Of a stretch of DNA of 64,000 nt, positions 27,014 to 37,096 are shown piece by piece (position 1 is the first letter of the stretch; each line of letters starts with the position of its first letter). This DNA is from Escherichia phage vB_EcoM-pEB20: sequence record OP114733, one strand, 5' to 3'. The notes under the pieces are model-generated. The model had not been told where the DNA came from. It saw only the letters and a program-made list of their open reading frames with translations, and did no database searches. Made by a program: the position numbers and the translations under genes.

Positions 27014-27307
27014 ATGGGTAAAACATATCGTCGTAAAGATTTGAAAGTTCGCGATTACGACTATTTTGGTAAGCGTAAAGCTCCTGACGGTGTTAGCCAC
27101 AAAGACATGGTTGAAAACATTTTCCGCTCAGATAAATGGAAACGTATGAAAGGCGTTGATTCTGAAGTCAAGAACGAAATGAATCGACAACTCCGCAAAG
27201 AAGTTCGTAAGTTGAAAAAAGATGTTTACAGTAAAGAAGATTATGATTATAATACTTCTCATACTGAAGCCAAACGTAAAGCTAACGAATGTTATCGTTA
27301 CAGTTGA
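27014..27307 (+). CDS. hypothetical basic protein
   Basis: M10 of ORF 26987. Confidence 0.5.
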   Translation: MGKTYRRKDLKVRDYDYFGKRKAPDGVSHKDMVENIFRSDKWKRMKGVDSEVKNEMNRQLRKEVRKLKKDVYSKEDYDYNTSHTEAKRKANECYRYS

Positions 27308-27314
27308 GGAAATT

Positions 27315-27449
27315 ATGAATATCAAACGAATGCTTTTTAAGCAGGGATTATATACTTTAAATGTTAATCCAAAGGGTGATACAACTAAATGGTCTGTAAA
27401 TGACTGGATTAAGTTCATCGATGAAAATGGGGCCTGGAACACAAAATGA
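27315..27449 (+). CDS. hypothetical small protein
   Basis: M32 of ORF 27222. Confidence 0.4.
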   Translation: MNIKRMLFKQGLYTLNVNPKGDTTKWSVNDWIKFIDENGAWNTK

Positions 27450-27646
27450 ATCCTGAATCTATGTTATCGCAAAAGCTTCGTGAAGAACGTGCCGAATTCT
27501 TTGCCAATATGAAACTCAACGGCGTTGAGGATGAAGACTTCTTACGCTGGTTCTGGATTTACAAATACAAAGAATGCCAACATGCCGTGCTATTGACTTG
27601 CGCAGTTATGTACGAAGGCTGGAAAGGCGCTAAAAAGTTCGGTTAA
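27446..27646 (+). CDS. hypothetical protein
   Basis: ORF track. Confidence 0.5.
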   Translation: MNPESMLSQKLREERAEFFANMKLNGVEDEDFLRWFWIYKYKECQHAVLLTCAVMYEGWKGAKKFG

Positions 27647-27709
27647 TAATGTACAACGATAGGAAGATAATAACATGACTTCCTATCGTCTTAAAATGAG
27701 GAAAATATC

Positions 27710-27949
27710 ATGGCCCAAGAATTAGATTTTATCAAATTCAAAAAACACCTCGACGTTAAAATTGGGGATTCAATTGTTAGGATTGAGTATGACATTTTAA
27801 CAGATGCTATTACTGTTAGTTGTGATGGAAATAGTTTCAGCTTCGATACAACCGAAAACAAATACCCAATCTATAAAGGCATCTTTGATATGGGTGTTGA
27901 TATTACTCCACGTGATACAAATTACTTACTTTTCATGCTTAAAAAATAA
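27710..27949 (+). CDS. hypothetical protein
   Basis: ORF track. Confidence 0.5.
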   Translation: MAQELDFIKFKKHLDVKIGDSIVRIEYDILTDAITVSCDGNSFSFDTTENKYPIYKGIFDMGVDITPRDTNYLLFMLKK

Positions 27950-28015
27950 TATACAAACTCTTGAGAGATGAGTATAATGCTCTCGTTGGATAATAAAATA
28001 ACCGAGGAAAATAAT

Positions 28016-28348
28016 ATGTCTACTAAAATCAAAAACGTAGTTAATTCTTTCGCTTTCGATAAAGTTGTTGCTCTTCTGGAATCCGGCAATATTGTTACTC
28101 CTCAAGTTCTTGACGCGTGGGAATTCCGTCTTTATGAAATCATGCAAAAACACGACCAGAAAATTGGACGTAATTCTATTCGTGAAATTCTAGTACAATA
28201 TATTCTTTCTGAATTTGGCGTTGCTGCATTTGGTGTTGAATCTAAAGCTTATCAGAAACATGAAATCTCTGAAAAGACTATCCGTCGTATGAAAAATCAA
28301 CGTAAGAAAAAATTCGTTGACCTGAAAATTGTTAAGGCGGCAAAATGA
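28016..28348 (+). CDS. hypothetical protein
   Basis: M17 of ORF 27968. Confidence 0.5.
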   Translation: MSTKIKNVVNSFAFDKVVALLESGNIVTPQVLDAWEFRLYEIMQKHDQKIGRNSIREILVQYILSEFGVAAFGVESKAYQKHEISEKTIRRMKNQRKKKFVDLKIVKAAK

Positions 28349-28572
28349 GCGTATTAACAGAAACTTTGATTAATGACCTGCGTCTAGCTGGTTACGAAGT
28401 TGGTACAAATAGCCTAGGTCTTCCTCAGATTGAAGGTCCTGGATTTATTCTAGAATATGAATTCAAACAATGGTGGTTATATGCTACGGTTGATGATGCG
28501 ATGAATATTGATTTCGTCGACCAATTTGATTCGCTGGATGCTGCTCTTGAAGCAGCAAAGGAACTAGAATGA
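28345..28572 (+). CDS. hypothetical acidic protein
   Basis: ORF track. Confidence 0.5.
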   Translation: MSVLTETLINDLRLAGYEVGTNSLGLPQIEGPGFILEYEFKQWWLYATVDDAMNIDFVDQFDSLDAALEAAKELE

Positions 28573-28838
28573 AATTAACTCGAATCAGTATAACTGAAGA
28601 AAAGCTGGGCGAATTTTATGTTGACGAATACATGAAAGTTACGTATTTTCCATTCGTTAAAGGTGTTGGTTTTTGGGAAACTCATGTATCTCAATTAAAC
28701 GAAGGCGACTATAACGAAACACATGAGAACTTTTTAGATTTTCTTTATAATGCCGGTCTTACTGAGCTTTATATCGATATCCATGAGTTCAAACGTTTAA
28801 TGGAAAAAGTGTTTCAGGCTTATTGTTTGCTCCGATAG
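28569..28838 (+). CDS. hypothetical protein
   Basis: ORF track. Confidence 0.5.
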   Translation: MKLTRISITEEKLGEFYVDEYMKVTYFPFVKGVGFWETHVSQLNEGDYNETHENFLDFLYNAGLTELYIDIHEFKRLMEKVFQAYCLLR

Positions 28839-28910
28839 TATCTCGTGCTTTAAGATAGGTCTCTAAATATTATGATATAATAGACCTATGAATTGAGCCA
28901 AGAGGTACTT

Positions 28911-29468
28911 ATGACTGAACAAAAACCTAAAAATAACTATGTGAATAATAAAGAGCTTCTCGCCGCTATAATCGAGTGGAAAAAGGAGCTCTTAAATAAT
29001 AAAGACCCAAACAAAATTATTCGTCAGAATGATACCATCGGTTTAGCAATTATGCTTATCGCCGAAGGCCTGTCCAAACGTTTCAACTTTTCAGGATATA
29101 CCCAGTCTTGGAAGCAGGAGATGATTGCAGATGGGATTGAAGCCTCTATTAAGGGACTTCATAATTTCGACGAAACTAAGTACAATAACCCACATGCATA
29201 CATAACTCGAGCTTGTTTTAATGCTTTTGTCCAACGTATCAAAAAAGAACGTAAGGAAGTTGCAAAGAAATACAGTTACTTCGTTCATAATGTCTACGAC
29301 AGTCATGACGATGATATGGTAGCGTTGGTAGATGAAACGTTTATTCAAGACATCTACGATAAAATGACGCATTATGAAGAATCCGCTTATAAAGCTCCTG
29401 GGGCTGAAAAGAAGGAAGTTGTTAGCGATTCGCCTAGTTTGGATTTTTTATATGAGGATGACAATTGA
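28911..29468 (+). CDS. 55: late-transcription sigma factor gp55
   Basis: [50 protein letters not shown] resembles T4 gp55 as recalled; 185 aa. Confidence 0.9.
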   Translation: MTEQKPKNNYVNNKELLAAIIEWKKELLNNKDPNKIIRQNDTIGLAIMLIAEGLSKRFNFSGYTQSWKQEMIADGIEASIKGLHNFDETKYNNPHAYITRACFNAFVQRIKKERKEVAKKYSYFVHNVYDSHDDDMVALVDETFIQDIYDKMTHYEESAYKAPGAEKKEVVSDSPSLDFLYEDDN

Positions 29469-29667
29469 CATCTCTAACTACTTAGAAGAACCTTTTGACG
29501 AAGCAATCCCTTATTTGGTAAAACTGTTGGGTCGGGAATTTAAAATTAATTTTGACATCGACCCTTTGAACCCACATGACGTGTCATTTTCGATAAATGG
29601 GACTCCGGTTGAGTATGAGTTCTGTATTGAAGAGGATGGACGTTTTTATTTTAATTTAATGAGATAA
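29452..29667 (+). CDS. hypothetical protein
   Basis: M27 of ORF 29374. Confidence 0.45.
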   Translation: MRMTIDISNYLEEPFDEAIPYLVKLLGREFKINFDIDPLNPHDVSFSINGTPVEYEFCIEEDGRFYFNLMR

Positions 29668-29668
29668 T

Positions 29669-29992
29669 ATGACTACCGAGATTATTGAAAATAAAGAAGC
29701 AGAAGATGCAGTAGCTAAAATGCTACAAGAAATCCAAAAGAAAAATGAAGCTGAAGCACGTAAAAAATCCGAAAAGATTCTTAAAAAGAATCGTTTTGAA
29801 CTAAACCGTCTTTATGCTCATGCTCAAGAAGCAGCAATTCAAAACAACTTCGAAGCTTACGAATATGCTATTAAGAAATCTCGGGATATTCTACGACAAC
29901 CATATAATGACAAGTTAATTAAAATCCAGTGGGTTACTACTCGTCAGGCTATTGAGGACATCATTAATGGCGCTAGTTCAAACAAAGTTTAA
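29669..29992 (+). CDS. hypothetical protein
   Basis: ORF track. Confidence 0.5.
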   Translation: MTTEIIENKEAEDAVAKMLQEIQKKNEAEARKKSEKILKKNRFELNRLYAHAQEAAIQNNFEAYEYAIKKSRDILRQPYNDKLIKIQWVTTRQAIEDIINGASSNKV

Positions 29993-30173
29993 ACGTCTGA
30001 AGCTGAACGCAGGGTTCACCCTTAAATTGGGAGGTCCTCTTTGTGTTAAAATTTCTGAAAAGGAATATCACGATGGTTCTATTACAGAAATTTGTCCGCC
30101 TATTGTAAAGGCAGACCCAAAACAACTTGTGTGGGTTGATTCATTTCAAGTTAAGAAATGGTGGAAACGATGA
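29967..30173 (+). CDS. hypothetical protein
   Basis: M6 of ORF 29952. Confidence 0.45.
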   Translation: MALVQTKFKRLKLNAGFTLKLGGPLCVKISEKEYHDGSITEICPPIVKADPKQLVWVDSFQVKKWWKR

Positions 30174-30212
30174 GAGAAATTGATTTAGGCATTTTCTGAG
30201 AGGTGCTTATGC

Positions 30213-30386
30213 ATGACGAACATCCCGACTTCTGAAAATTTCGATAAAATCCGTAAAGGCAAAGCAGAAAGAATGAGACGTTTTAAAGAGTCTTATGATA
30301 AAGCTAAAGCCGAAGGAACTATTACGTACAAGCCCATTCGATTTAAAAGTTCAAATGAGCCTCTGTACGGTGTACTATGTGGATAG
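30213..30386 (+). CDS. 57-aa basic protein at the position of T4 alpha-gt (below ORF-track cutoff)
   Basis: ATG after GAGAGGTG RBS; followed immediately by terminator. Confidence 0.4.
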   Translation: MTNIPTSENFDKIRKGKAERMRRFKESYDKAKAEGTITYKPIRFKSSNEPLYGVLCG

Positions 30387-30409
30387 GAACTCTTCGGAGT
30401 TCCTTTTTT
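30386..30409 (+). terminator. rho-independent terminator (UUCG tetraloop)
   Basis: GGAACTC-TTCG-GAGTTCC-TTTTTT. Confidence 0.7.
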
Positions 30410-30432
30410 GCTTTATAAACGGATGATAGAAT
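30409..30432 (+). promoter_or_regulatory. candidate MotA-type middle promoter for gene 47
   Basis: TGCTTTA box 30409-30415, about 11 nt, then TAGAAT. Confidence 0.3.
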
Positions 30433-30455
30433 GAATTAACTAATGAGGAAATAAT

Positions 30456-31475
30456 ATGAAAATTTTGCACTTAGGCGACTTCCATATCGGAGTCAAACAA
30501 GACGACCCATGGGTTCAAGATATTCAACGTGATGGTATTCGTCAAGCAATTGAATACTCTAAGAAACACGGGATTAAAACTTGGATTCAGTACGGTGATT
30601 GGTTTGACGTCCGTAAAGCAATAACACATCGTACAATGGAATTCAATCGTGAAATCGTTGATATGATTTCTAAAGCAGACATTCACGTTCATGTCACGAT
30701 AGGAAACCATGACATGGCGTTTAAGAATACAATAACACCTAACACTGTTTCTGAATTGTTAACTCAATTTGAAAACTTTACTATTTACGAGCATCCGACT
30801 ACTGTAGATTTTGATGGATGTCTGATTGATATCGTTCCATGGATGTGTGAAGAAAATACAGGTGAAATCTTAGAGCACATCAAGACTTCTTCTGCCGCAT
30901 ATTGTGTTGGTCACTGGGAATTAAATGGCTTCTATTTCTATAAAGGAATGAAGTCTCATGGGCTTGAACCTGATTTCTTAAAGACCTATAAACAAGTCTG
31001 GTCCGGCCACTTCCACACAATCTCTGAAGCTGCTAACGTCAAATATATTGGGACACCATGGACCCTTACTGCAGGCGATGAGAACGACCCACGCGGATTC
31101 TGGGTATTTGACACTGATGTTGAACATATGGAATTTATTCCTAATGAAACAACATGGCATCGACGAATCACTTATCCGTTTAAAGGCAAAATTAATTATT
31201 CTGATTATACTAATCTAGCCGTACGTGTTATAGTATCAGAAATTGATTCAGAGTTGACTAAGTTTGAATCTGAACTTGAAAAAGTAGTTCACTCTCTTCG
31301 TATGGTTTCTAAAGTTGATAACAGTGTTGAATCTGATGATGACCAGGAAATCGAGATTAAATCACTTCAAGATATCATTAAAGAATATATTGACGCGATT
31401 CCAGATATCTCAGACGAAGACAGAGAAGCGCTGGTCAAATATTCCAACGAACTTTATATTGAGGCAACACAATGA
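30456..31475 (+). CDS. 47: recombination nuclease subunit gp47 (Mre11-like)
   Basis: HLGDFH and GNHD phosphoesterase motifs; 339 aa; synteny with 46. Confidence 0.9.
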   Translation: MKILHLGDFHIGVKQDDPWVQDIQRDGIRQAIEYSKKHGIKTWIQYGDWFDVRKAITHRTMEFNREIVDMISKADIHVHVTIGNHDMAFKNTITPNTVSELLTQFENFTIYEHPTTVDFDGCLIDIVPWMCEENTGEILEHIKTSSAAYCVGHWELNGFYFYKGMKSHGLEPDFLKTYKQVWSGHFHTISEAANVKYIGTPWTLTAGDENDPRGFWVFDTDVEHMEFIPNETTWHRRITYPFKGKINYSDYTNLAVRVIVSEIDSELTKFESELEKVVHSLRMVSKVDNSVESDDDQEIEIKSLQDIIKEYIDAIPDISDEDREALVKYSNELYIEATQ

Positions 31476-31729
31476 CTTTAGATGAATTTAACAATGCTGG
31501 GCTCGGGCTTGAAGTTGAAATGGACGTTAAAGATGATGATGGATTCGAGAACACTATCAAGTATTGGATTGAACCATTACGTGTTGAAGGCAATGAAGTT
31601 AAAGCAGTTCATGTTTGTACCGACTGGGCTATTGAATTTAGCTTTAATATAATGGACAATGATACTCCTGGCTCTATTCTTAAAATGGCTGAAGCGTGTA
31701 TCGAGGATGCGTATAATGACGAAGACTGA
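31472..31729 (+). CDS. hypothetical acidic protein
   Basis: ORF track. Confidence 0.5.
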   Translation: MTLDEFNNAGLGLEVEMDVKDDDGFENTIKYWIEPLRVEGNEVKAVHVCTDWAIEFSFNIMDNDTPGSILKMAEACIEDAYNDED

Positions 31730-31955
31730 TTATGAAATCCATCGTCATGAATTTAGTATTGGTGACGGTTATATTGGTATTGTTGAATGGACTGAGAATT
31801 ACGAGGAATCAACTCCTCGTTTCTTTGGAACAATGTATGTTACCTGTGAGTATGCACCAGGTGTTGTTATGTATGCAGAACTAGATGAGTATTTTGCTGA
31901 TAGAGATGACATGTTAAAATATGTAGAGGACTTCATTCGAAGAGAATACATATGA
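31716..31955 (+). CDS. hypothetical protein
   Basis: M20 of ORF 31659 after GAGGA RBS. Confidence 0.45.
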   Translation: MTKTDYEIHRHEFSIGDGYIGIVEWTENYEESTPRFFGTMYVTCEYAPGVVMYAELDEYFADRDDMLKYVEDFIRREYI

Positions 31956-33640
31956 AATCATTTAAATTAAATCGTGTTCGTTATCAAAACATCATGTCGG
32001 TAGGTGGGAATCCTATTGATATCCAATTAGATAAAGTCCAAAAGACATTAATCACTGGTAAAAATGGCGGTGGTAAATCTACGATGTTAGAAGCCATTAC
32101 TTTCGGACTTTTCGGTAAACCATTTCGTGATGTTAAGAAAGGACAAATCATTAATAGCACGAACAAGAAAGAGCTCTTAGTTGAGCTTTGGATGGAATTC
32201 GATGATAAAAAATACTTCATTAAACGTGGCCAAAAGCCCAATATTTTCGAAATCTCCGTTGACGGTGTTCGTCTTGATGAATCTGCCAGCAGTCGTGACT
32301 TCCAAGAAGAATTTGAACGTAGCATCGGAATGTCATACGCGTCTTTTAAACAAATCGTTGTGCTTGGGACGGCAGGGTATACCCCTTTCATGGCTCTTAG
32401 CACCCCTGCTCGTAGAAAACTTGTCGAAGACCTTTTAGAAGTAGGCACACTCGCTGAAATGGATAAAATCAATAAGTCTCAAGTTCGAGAACTTAATTCC
32501 CAGGGACAAGTTCTCGATGCCAAGAAAGATGGTGTTATCCAACAAATTAAGATTTATAATGAGAATATCGAACGTCAAAAGAAATTATCTGGTGATAATG
32601 TAGCGCGTCTACAGAATATGTATGACGACCTAGCCAAAGAAGCTCGTTCATTAAAAGCAGAAATCGAAGAAGCTAATGAGCGACTACTTAATATCGTTCT
32701 TGATGAAGACCCTACTGAGGCATTCAACAAGATAGGACAAGAAGCATTCTTGATTAAATCTAAAATCGACTCATATAACAAAGTTATTAAGATGTATCAT
32801 GATGGCGGTACATGTCCTACTTGTGCATCACAGTTGCACCAGGGTGATCCTATTGTCTCTAAGATTACCGATAAGCTTCATGAATGTAATCACTCATTCG
32901 AGCAACTTACCTGTCACAGAGATAATCTGAGTGTCCTAGTGGACGAATATAGAGCTAATGTTAAGACTAAACAGGACCTTGCATCTGATATTCGTACCAA
33001 GAAACAAGCAATGATTGCCACTATTGATAAAGCTAAGAAAGTTAAAGCTGCAATAGAACAAGCCTCAGCAGAATTTATCGACCATGCCGATGAGATAGCT
33101 TTGCTTCAAAAAGAACTTGATAAAATCATTAAAACAAAATCGGATATCGTTCTTGAAAAATACCATCGTGGTATTATCACAGATATGTTAAAAGATTCTG
33201 GTATTAAAGGTGCTATCATTAAAAAATATGTGCCTCTGTTTAATAAGCAGATTAACCATTATCTTAAAATCATGGAAGCTGATTACGTGTTTTCTATTGA
33301 TGAAGAATTCAATGAATCTATAAAATCACGTGGTCGTGAAGAGTTCAGTTATGCTTCATTTAGTCAAGGTGAAAAAGCACGTATCGATATTGCACTGTTG
33401 TTTACATGGCGAGATATTGCTGAAAAGGTCTCTGGTGTTAGAATCAATACATTAATTATGGACGAAGTCATGGATTCCGCGACTGATTCTGAAGGTATTA
33501 AAGCTATTTCAACAATTCTTAACTCTCTAACCGATGCAAACGTGTTTATAATTAGTCACAGAGACCATGACCCACAAGCTTATGGACAACATCTTCAAAT
33601 GAGCAAAGTTGGACGATTTACTGTAATGACTGTTTCATAA
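31952..33640 (+). CDS. 46: recombination ATPase gp46 (Rad50/SbcC-like)
   Basis: Walker A GKNGGGKST, central coiled coil with CPTC zinc hook, C-terminal Walker B LIMDE; 562 aa. Confidence 0.9.
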   Translation: MKSFKLNRVRYQNIMSVGGNPIDIQLDKVQKTLITGKNGGGKSTMLEAITFGLFGKPFRDVKKGQIINSTNKKELLVELWMEFDDKKYFIKRGQKPNIFEISVDGVRLDESASSRDFQEEFERSIGMSYASFKQIVVLGTAGYTPFMALSTPARRKLVEDLLEVGTLAEMDKINKSQVRELNSQGQVLDAKKDGVIQQIKIYNENIERQKKLSGDNVARLQNMYDDLAKEARSLKAEIEEANERLLNIVLDEDPTEAFNKIGQEAFLIKSKIDSYNKVIKMYHDGGTCPTCASQLHQGDPIVSKITDKLHECNHSFEQLTCHRDNLSVLVDEYRANVKTKQDLASDIRTKKQAMIATIDKAKKVKAAIEQASAEFIDHADEIALLQKELDKIIKTKSDIVLEKYHRGIITDMLKDSGIKGAIIKKYVPLFNKQINHYLKIMEADYVFSIDEEFNESIKSRGREEFSYASFSQGEKARIDIALLFTWRDIAEKVSGVRINTLIMDEVMDSATDSEGIKAISTILNSLTDANVFIISHRDHDPQAYGQHLQMSKVGRFTVMTVS

Positions 33641-33694
33641 ACGCTTTAACACGATGTGGTTATAATGACCACATCAAATTAAATGGAGAACAAC

Positions 33695-33883
33695 ATGGAG
33701 TATTCAACCGGACAACATCTTCTTGTTGTCCCTGAAATTAAAAAATATGTTTTGACCAATACGTTTTCAGGTGAAGAACATATTGTTACTGAACAAATGC
33801 TCAAATCTGCTTTTAAAGATGAGTATAATAAAATAATGTCTAATCGCAATTCCGCATGGACAGTTACCGACTTCTACGAATAA
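33695..33883 (+). CDS. hypothetical protein (T4 45.2 position)
   Basis: M5 of ORF 33683. Confidence 0.5.
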   Translation: MEYSTGQHLLVVPEIKKYVLTNTFSGEEHIVTEQMLKSAFKDEYNKIMSNRNSAWTVTDFYE

Positions 33884-33895
33884 GAGAGAAATAAT

Positions 33896-34312
33896 ATGTT
33901 TACTACTGCTAAAGGTTTCACTGCTGCTGATCTGAAAGTTACTTCTATCCGTACTGACGCTAACCCACATAACCATAATCGTGTTCGTAAAGCATGGGTC
34001 CTGCATTGTGATGACGCAAGTGCTAAAAAGCTTCAATCTCTTCCACAAGAAACTCGTTTCATGATTTATGGCTTTATTGATAACGATGTGTCTGATATGT
34101 GGATTCATTTGATGCGTAAGCACTATAAAGATTCTATCGAAGCAGGTGCTAAAATCGTTCTTGATAAAGACGGTTCTGAACGCCTTGAAGATTTTTACTG
34201 TGTTGATGCCGACGAACAACTAATTGCAGCTGGCGAAATTGTTGCTTCTAAAATTCCAGAATATATTGAATCACTGCCTGAAGCTATTAAAAAGCAGATG
34301 GTTGCTGCATAA
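33896..34312 (+). CDS. rpbA: RNA polymerase binding protein RpbA-like
   Basis: Position between 46 and 45 as in T4; size; weak sequence recall. Confidence 0.55.
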   Translation: MFTTAKGFTAADLKVTSIRTDANPHNHNRVRKAWVLHCDDASAKKLQSLPQETRFMIYGFIDNDVSDMWIHLMRKHYKDSIEAGAKIVLDKDGSERLEDFYCVDADEQLIAAGEIVASKIPEYIESLPEAIKKQMVAA

Positions 34313-34354
34313 TAAATTTGTTATAAACTTTGAATTGTCTTGAAAGGAAATAAA

Positions 34355-35041
34355 ATGAAACTGTCTAAAGATACTATCGCTATTCTGAAAAACTTCGCTT
34401 CTATTAACTCTGGCATCCTGCTGAGTCAAGGTAAATTTATTATGACTCGTGCAGTTAATGGCACCACTTACGCAGAAGCAAATATCTCTGATGAAATTGA
34501 TTTTGACGTAGCACTTTATGATTTGAATAGCTTCTTAAGCATTTTGAGTCTAGTGTCTGATGATGCTGAAATTTCAATGCACACCGATGGCAATATTAAA
34601 ATTGCAGATACACGTTCTACTGTTTATTGGCCTGCCGCAGACAAGAGCACTATCGTGTTCCCGAATAAGCCAATTCAGTTCCCAGTAGCTTCCGTTATTA
34701 CTGAAATTAAAGCTGAAGACCTCCAACAATTGCTCCGAGTTTCACGTGGACTGCAGATTGATACAATTGCTATTACAAATAAAGATGGTAAAATTGTTAT
34801 CAATGGCTATAATAAAGTTGAAGATTCTGGACTAACTCGTCCTAAGTATTCTTTGACTCTTACCGATTATGATGGTTCTAACAACTTTAACTTCGTAATC
34901 AATATGGCTAATATGAAAATCCAGCCAGGTAACTATAAAGTAATGTTGTGGGGAGCTGGTGATAAAGTTGCAGCCAAGTTTGAAAGCTCTCAAGTAAGTT
35001 ATGTTATTGCGATGGAAGCCGATTCTACTCACGACTTCTAA
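34355..35041 (+). CDS. 45: sliding clamp gp45
   Basis: 228 aa from M6 of ORF 34340; MKLSKDTIAILKNFASINSGILL as T4/RB69 gp45. Confidence 0.9.
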   Translation: MKLSKDTIAILKNFASINSGILLSQGKFIMTRAVNGTTYAEANISDEIDFDVALYDLNSFLSILSLVSDDAEISMHTDGNIKIADTRSTVYWPAADKSTIVFPNKPIQFPVASVITEIKAEDLQQLLRVSRGLQIDTIAITNKDGKIVINGYNKVEDSGLTRPKYSLTLTDYDGSNNFNFVINMANMKIQPGNYKVMLWGAGDKVAAKFESSQVSYVIAMEADSTHDF

Positions 35042-35116
35042 GTCAAAGCTTTACGTTTATTGTGATACGATTATGGAGGAGAAATCCTCCAGTTTAATGA
35101 TAATGAGGAAAATTAC

Positions 35117-36079
35117 ATGATTACTATCAATTCCAAAGAACACATTCTAGAACAGAAATATCGTCCTTCTTCCATTGACGAATGTATTCTGCCTGCGTAT
35201 GACCATGAAACATTCAAGTCTTTAGTATCTAAAGGAAAACTTCCTCATATTATTTTACACTCTCCATCTCCTGGTACCGGTAAAACAACCGTGGCAAAAG
35301 CATTATGTAACGATATCAACGCTGAAATGATGTTCGTCAACGGTTCTGATTGTAAAATTGATTTTGTACGTGGTCCGTTAACTGCATTCGCTCGTTCAGT
35401 CTCAATGGAAGGCAAGCCGAAAGTTATCGTTATCGATGAATTTGACCGTAGTGGCCTTGCTGAATCACAACGGCACCTTCGTACGTTTATGGAAGAATTC
35501 TCTAGTAACTGTTCTATTATTATTACTGCCAACAACATCGATGGAATTATCGAACCGTTACGTAGTCGTTGTCGAGTTATCGAATTCGGACGTCCAACCG
35601 AAGAAGATAAAATCTCAATGATGAAGAAAATGATTCATCGCATGGTTGAAATCTGTAAGAACGAAAATATCGAAATCGCTGATATGAAAGTTGTTGCAGC
35701 TCTGGTTAAAAAGAACTTCCCAGACTTTCGTCGTACAATTGGCCAATTAGACCAGTACTCGTCTAAAGGTGTTCTTGATGCGGGTATTTTGTCGATTGTA
35801 ACCAATGATCGTGGCACGGTAGATGATGTCATAGAAGCAATGAAAAATAAAGATATCAAACAGCTTCGTGCATTAGCTCCAAAATATGCCGCTGATTATT
35901 CATGGTTCATCGATAAATTAGTTTCTGAGTGTTATGACAAAGTTGCACCGGGTAAAAGTATTATTTCGCTTTACGAAATTGCAGGCGAAAATAATAAGTT
36001 TCATGGGCTAGCTAGTAATATTGAATTACATGTTATGTATATGCTTCTTCAATTGACTTGTGAATTGACTTGGAAATAA
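35117..36079 (+). CDS. 44: clamp loader large subunit gp44 (AAA+)
   Basis: Walker [11 protein letters not shown]; 320 aa; synteny. Confidence 0.9.
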   Translation: MITINSKEHILEQKYRPSSIDECILPAYDHETFKSLVSKGKLPHIILHSPSPGTGKTTVAKALCNDINAEMMFVNGSDCKIDFVRGPLTAFARSVSMEGKPKVIVIDEFDRSGLAESQRHLRTFMEEFSSNCSIIITANNIDGIIEPLRSRCRVIEFGRPTEEDKISMMKKMIHRMVEICKNENIEIADMKVVAALVKKNFPDFRRTIGQLDQYSSKGVLDAGILSIVTNDRGTVDDVIEAMKNKDIKQLRALAPKYAADYSWFIDKLVSECYDKVAPGKSIISLYEIAGENNKFHGLASNIELHVMYMLLQLTCELTWK

Positions 36080-36080
36080 T

Positions 36081-36644
36081 ATGAACTTATTTGATGATGA
36101 CGTCCAACTTAACGAGCACCAAATCGCATGGAAGTCTAATGACGCTGATGCGATTCAAAAATGTGCTGATATGTTTAAAGAAAAACCTGAGAATGAATTC
36201 TTTAAAATCATTAATGCTATTAATGAAAAGAAATCTATGTCAATTGCTCAGGTTGACTACTCAAAATTTATGGTTGAGAACTCATTATCCCAGTTCCCGG
36301 AATGTATGCCTGCAGTTTACATGATGAACTTGGTCGGCTCTGAATTAAGCGATGAAGCACACTTCAACTACATGATGGCCGCCATTCCGCGTGGTCGTCG
36401 ATTCTCTAAATGGGCTAAACTAGTTGAAGACACTTCAGAGTTACTAGTTATCAAACTGTTGATGAAACATTACATAATCAACATGAATGATGCCACCGAG
36501 TATAAGCGGCTCCTTGAAAAAAATAACAAGTTGCCAATAGTCCTTAAAGAACTGAAGGCCATGGTCACTGATGAGTTTCTCAAAGAAGTTACAAAAAATG
36601 TGAAAGAACAAAAACAATTTAAAAAATTAGCATTGGAATGGTAA
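36081..36644 (+). CDS. 62: clamp loader small subunit gp62
   Basis: 187 aa; between 44 and regA. Confidence 0.85.
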   Translation: MNLFDDDVQLNEHQIAWKSNDADAIQKCADMFKEKPENEFFKIINAINEKKSMSIAQVDYSKFMVENSLSQFPECMPAVYMMNLVGSELSDEAHFNYMMAAIPRGRRFSKWAKLVEDTSELLVIKLLMKHYIINMNDATEYKRLLEKNNKLPIVLKELKAMVTDEFLKEVTKNVKEQKQFKKLALEW

Positions 36645-36646
36645 AA

Positions 36647-37015
36647 ATGATTGAAATTAAATTGAAGAACCCTGAAGATTTTCTGAAAGTCAAAGAGACT
36701 TTGACCCGTATGGGCATCGCTAATAACAAGGATAAAGTCCTTTATCAGTCCTGTCATATCCTCCAAAAGCAAGGTAAATATTACATCGTCCACTTTAAAG
36801 AAATGCTGCGAATGGACGGACGTCAGGTTGATATTGATGGTGAAGACTATCAGCGACGTGATTCGATTGCTCAGTTGCTTGAAGACTGGGGATTGATTGT
36901 TATTGAAGACTCTGCTCGTGAAGATCTGTTTGGCCTGACTAATAACTTCCGTGTTATCTCTTTTAAACAGAAAGATGACTGGACTTTGAAAGCAAAATAT
37001 ACAATTGGTAATTAA
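36647..37015 (+). CDS. regA: translational repressor RegA
   Basis: MIEIKLKNPEDFLKVKETLTRMGIANNKDKVLYQSCHILQK resembles T4 RegA as recalled. Confidence 0.9.
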   Translation: MIEIKLKNPEDFLKVKETLTRMGIANNKDKVLYQSCHILQKQGKYYIVHFKEMLRMDGRQVDIDGEDYQRRDSIAQLLEDWGLIVIEDSAREDLFGLTNNFRVISFKQKDDWTLKAKYTIGN

Positions 37016-37018
37016 AGC

Positions 37019-37038
37019 AATGGGACTTCGGTCCCATT
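37019..37038 (+). promoter_or_regulatory. 8-bp stem / UUCG-loop hairpin between regA and gene 43 (terminator or part of gp43 operator)
   Basis: AATGGGAC-TTCG-GTCCCATT, no U-run; 59 nt upstream of gp43 ATG. Confidence 0.4.
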
Positions 37039-37096
37039 TGGAGTATAATAAGTTCATCAACAAACAAAAGACAATAACTCGTCTAAAGGAAATTAA

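Noticed and set aside
36470-37063. Minus-strand ORFs in the track (for example 36470..37063, 33767..34219, 57446..57925, 37976..38416)
   Set aside because: They lie entirely antisense to well-supported + strand genes (gp62/regA, rpbA, the Mod-like ART, gp43), lack RBS context, and have low-complexity translations. I treat them as spurious.
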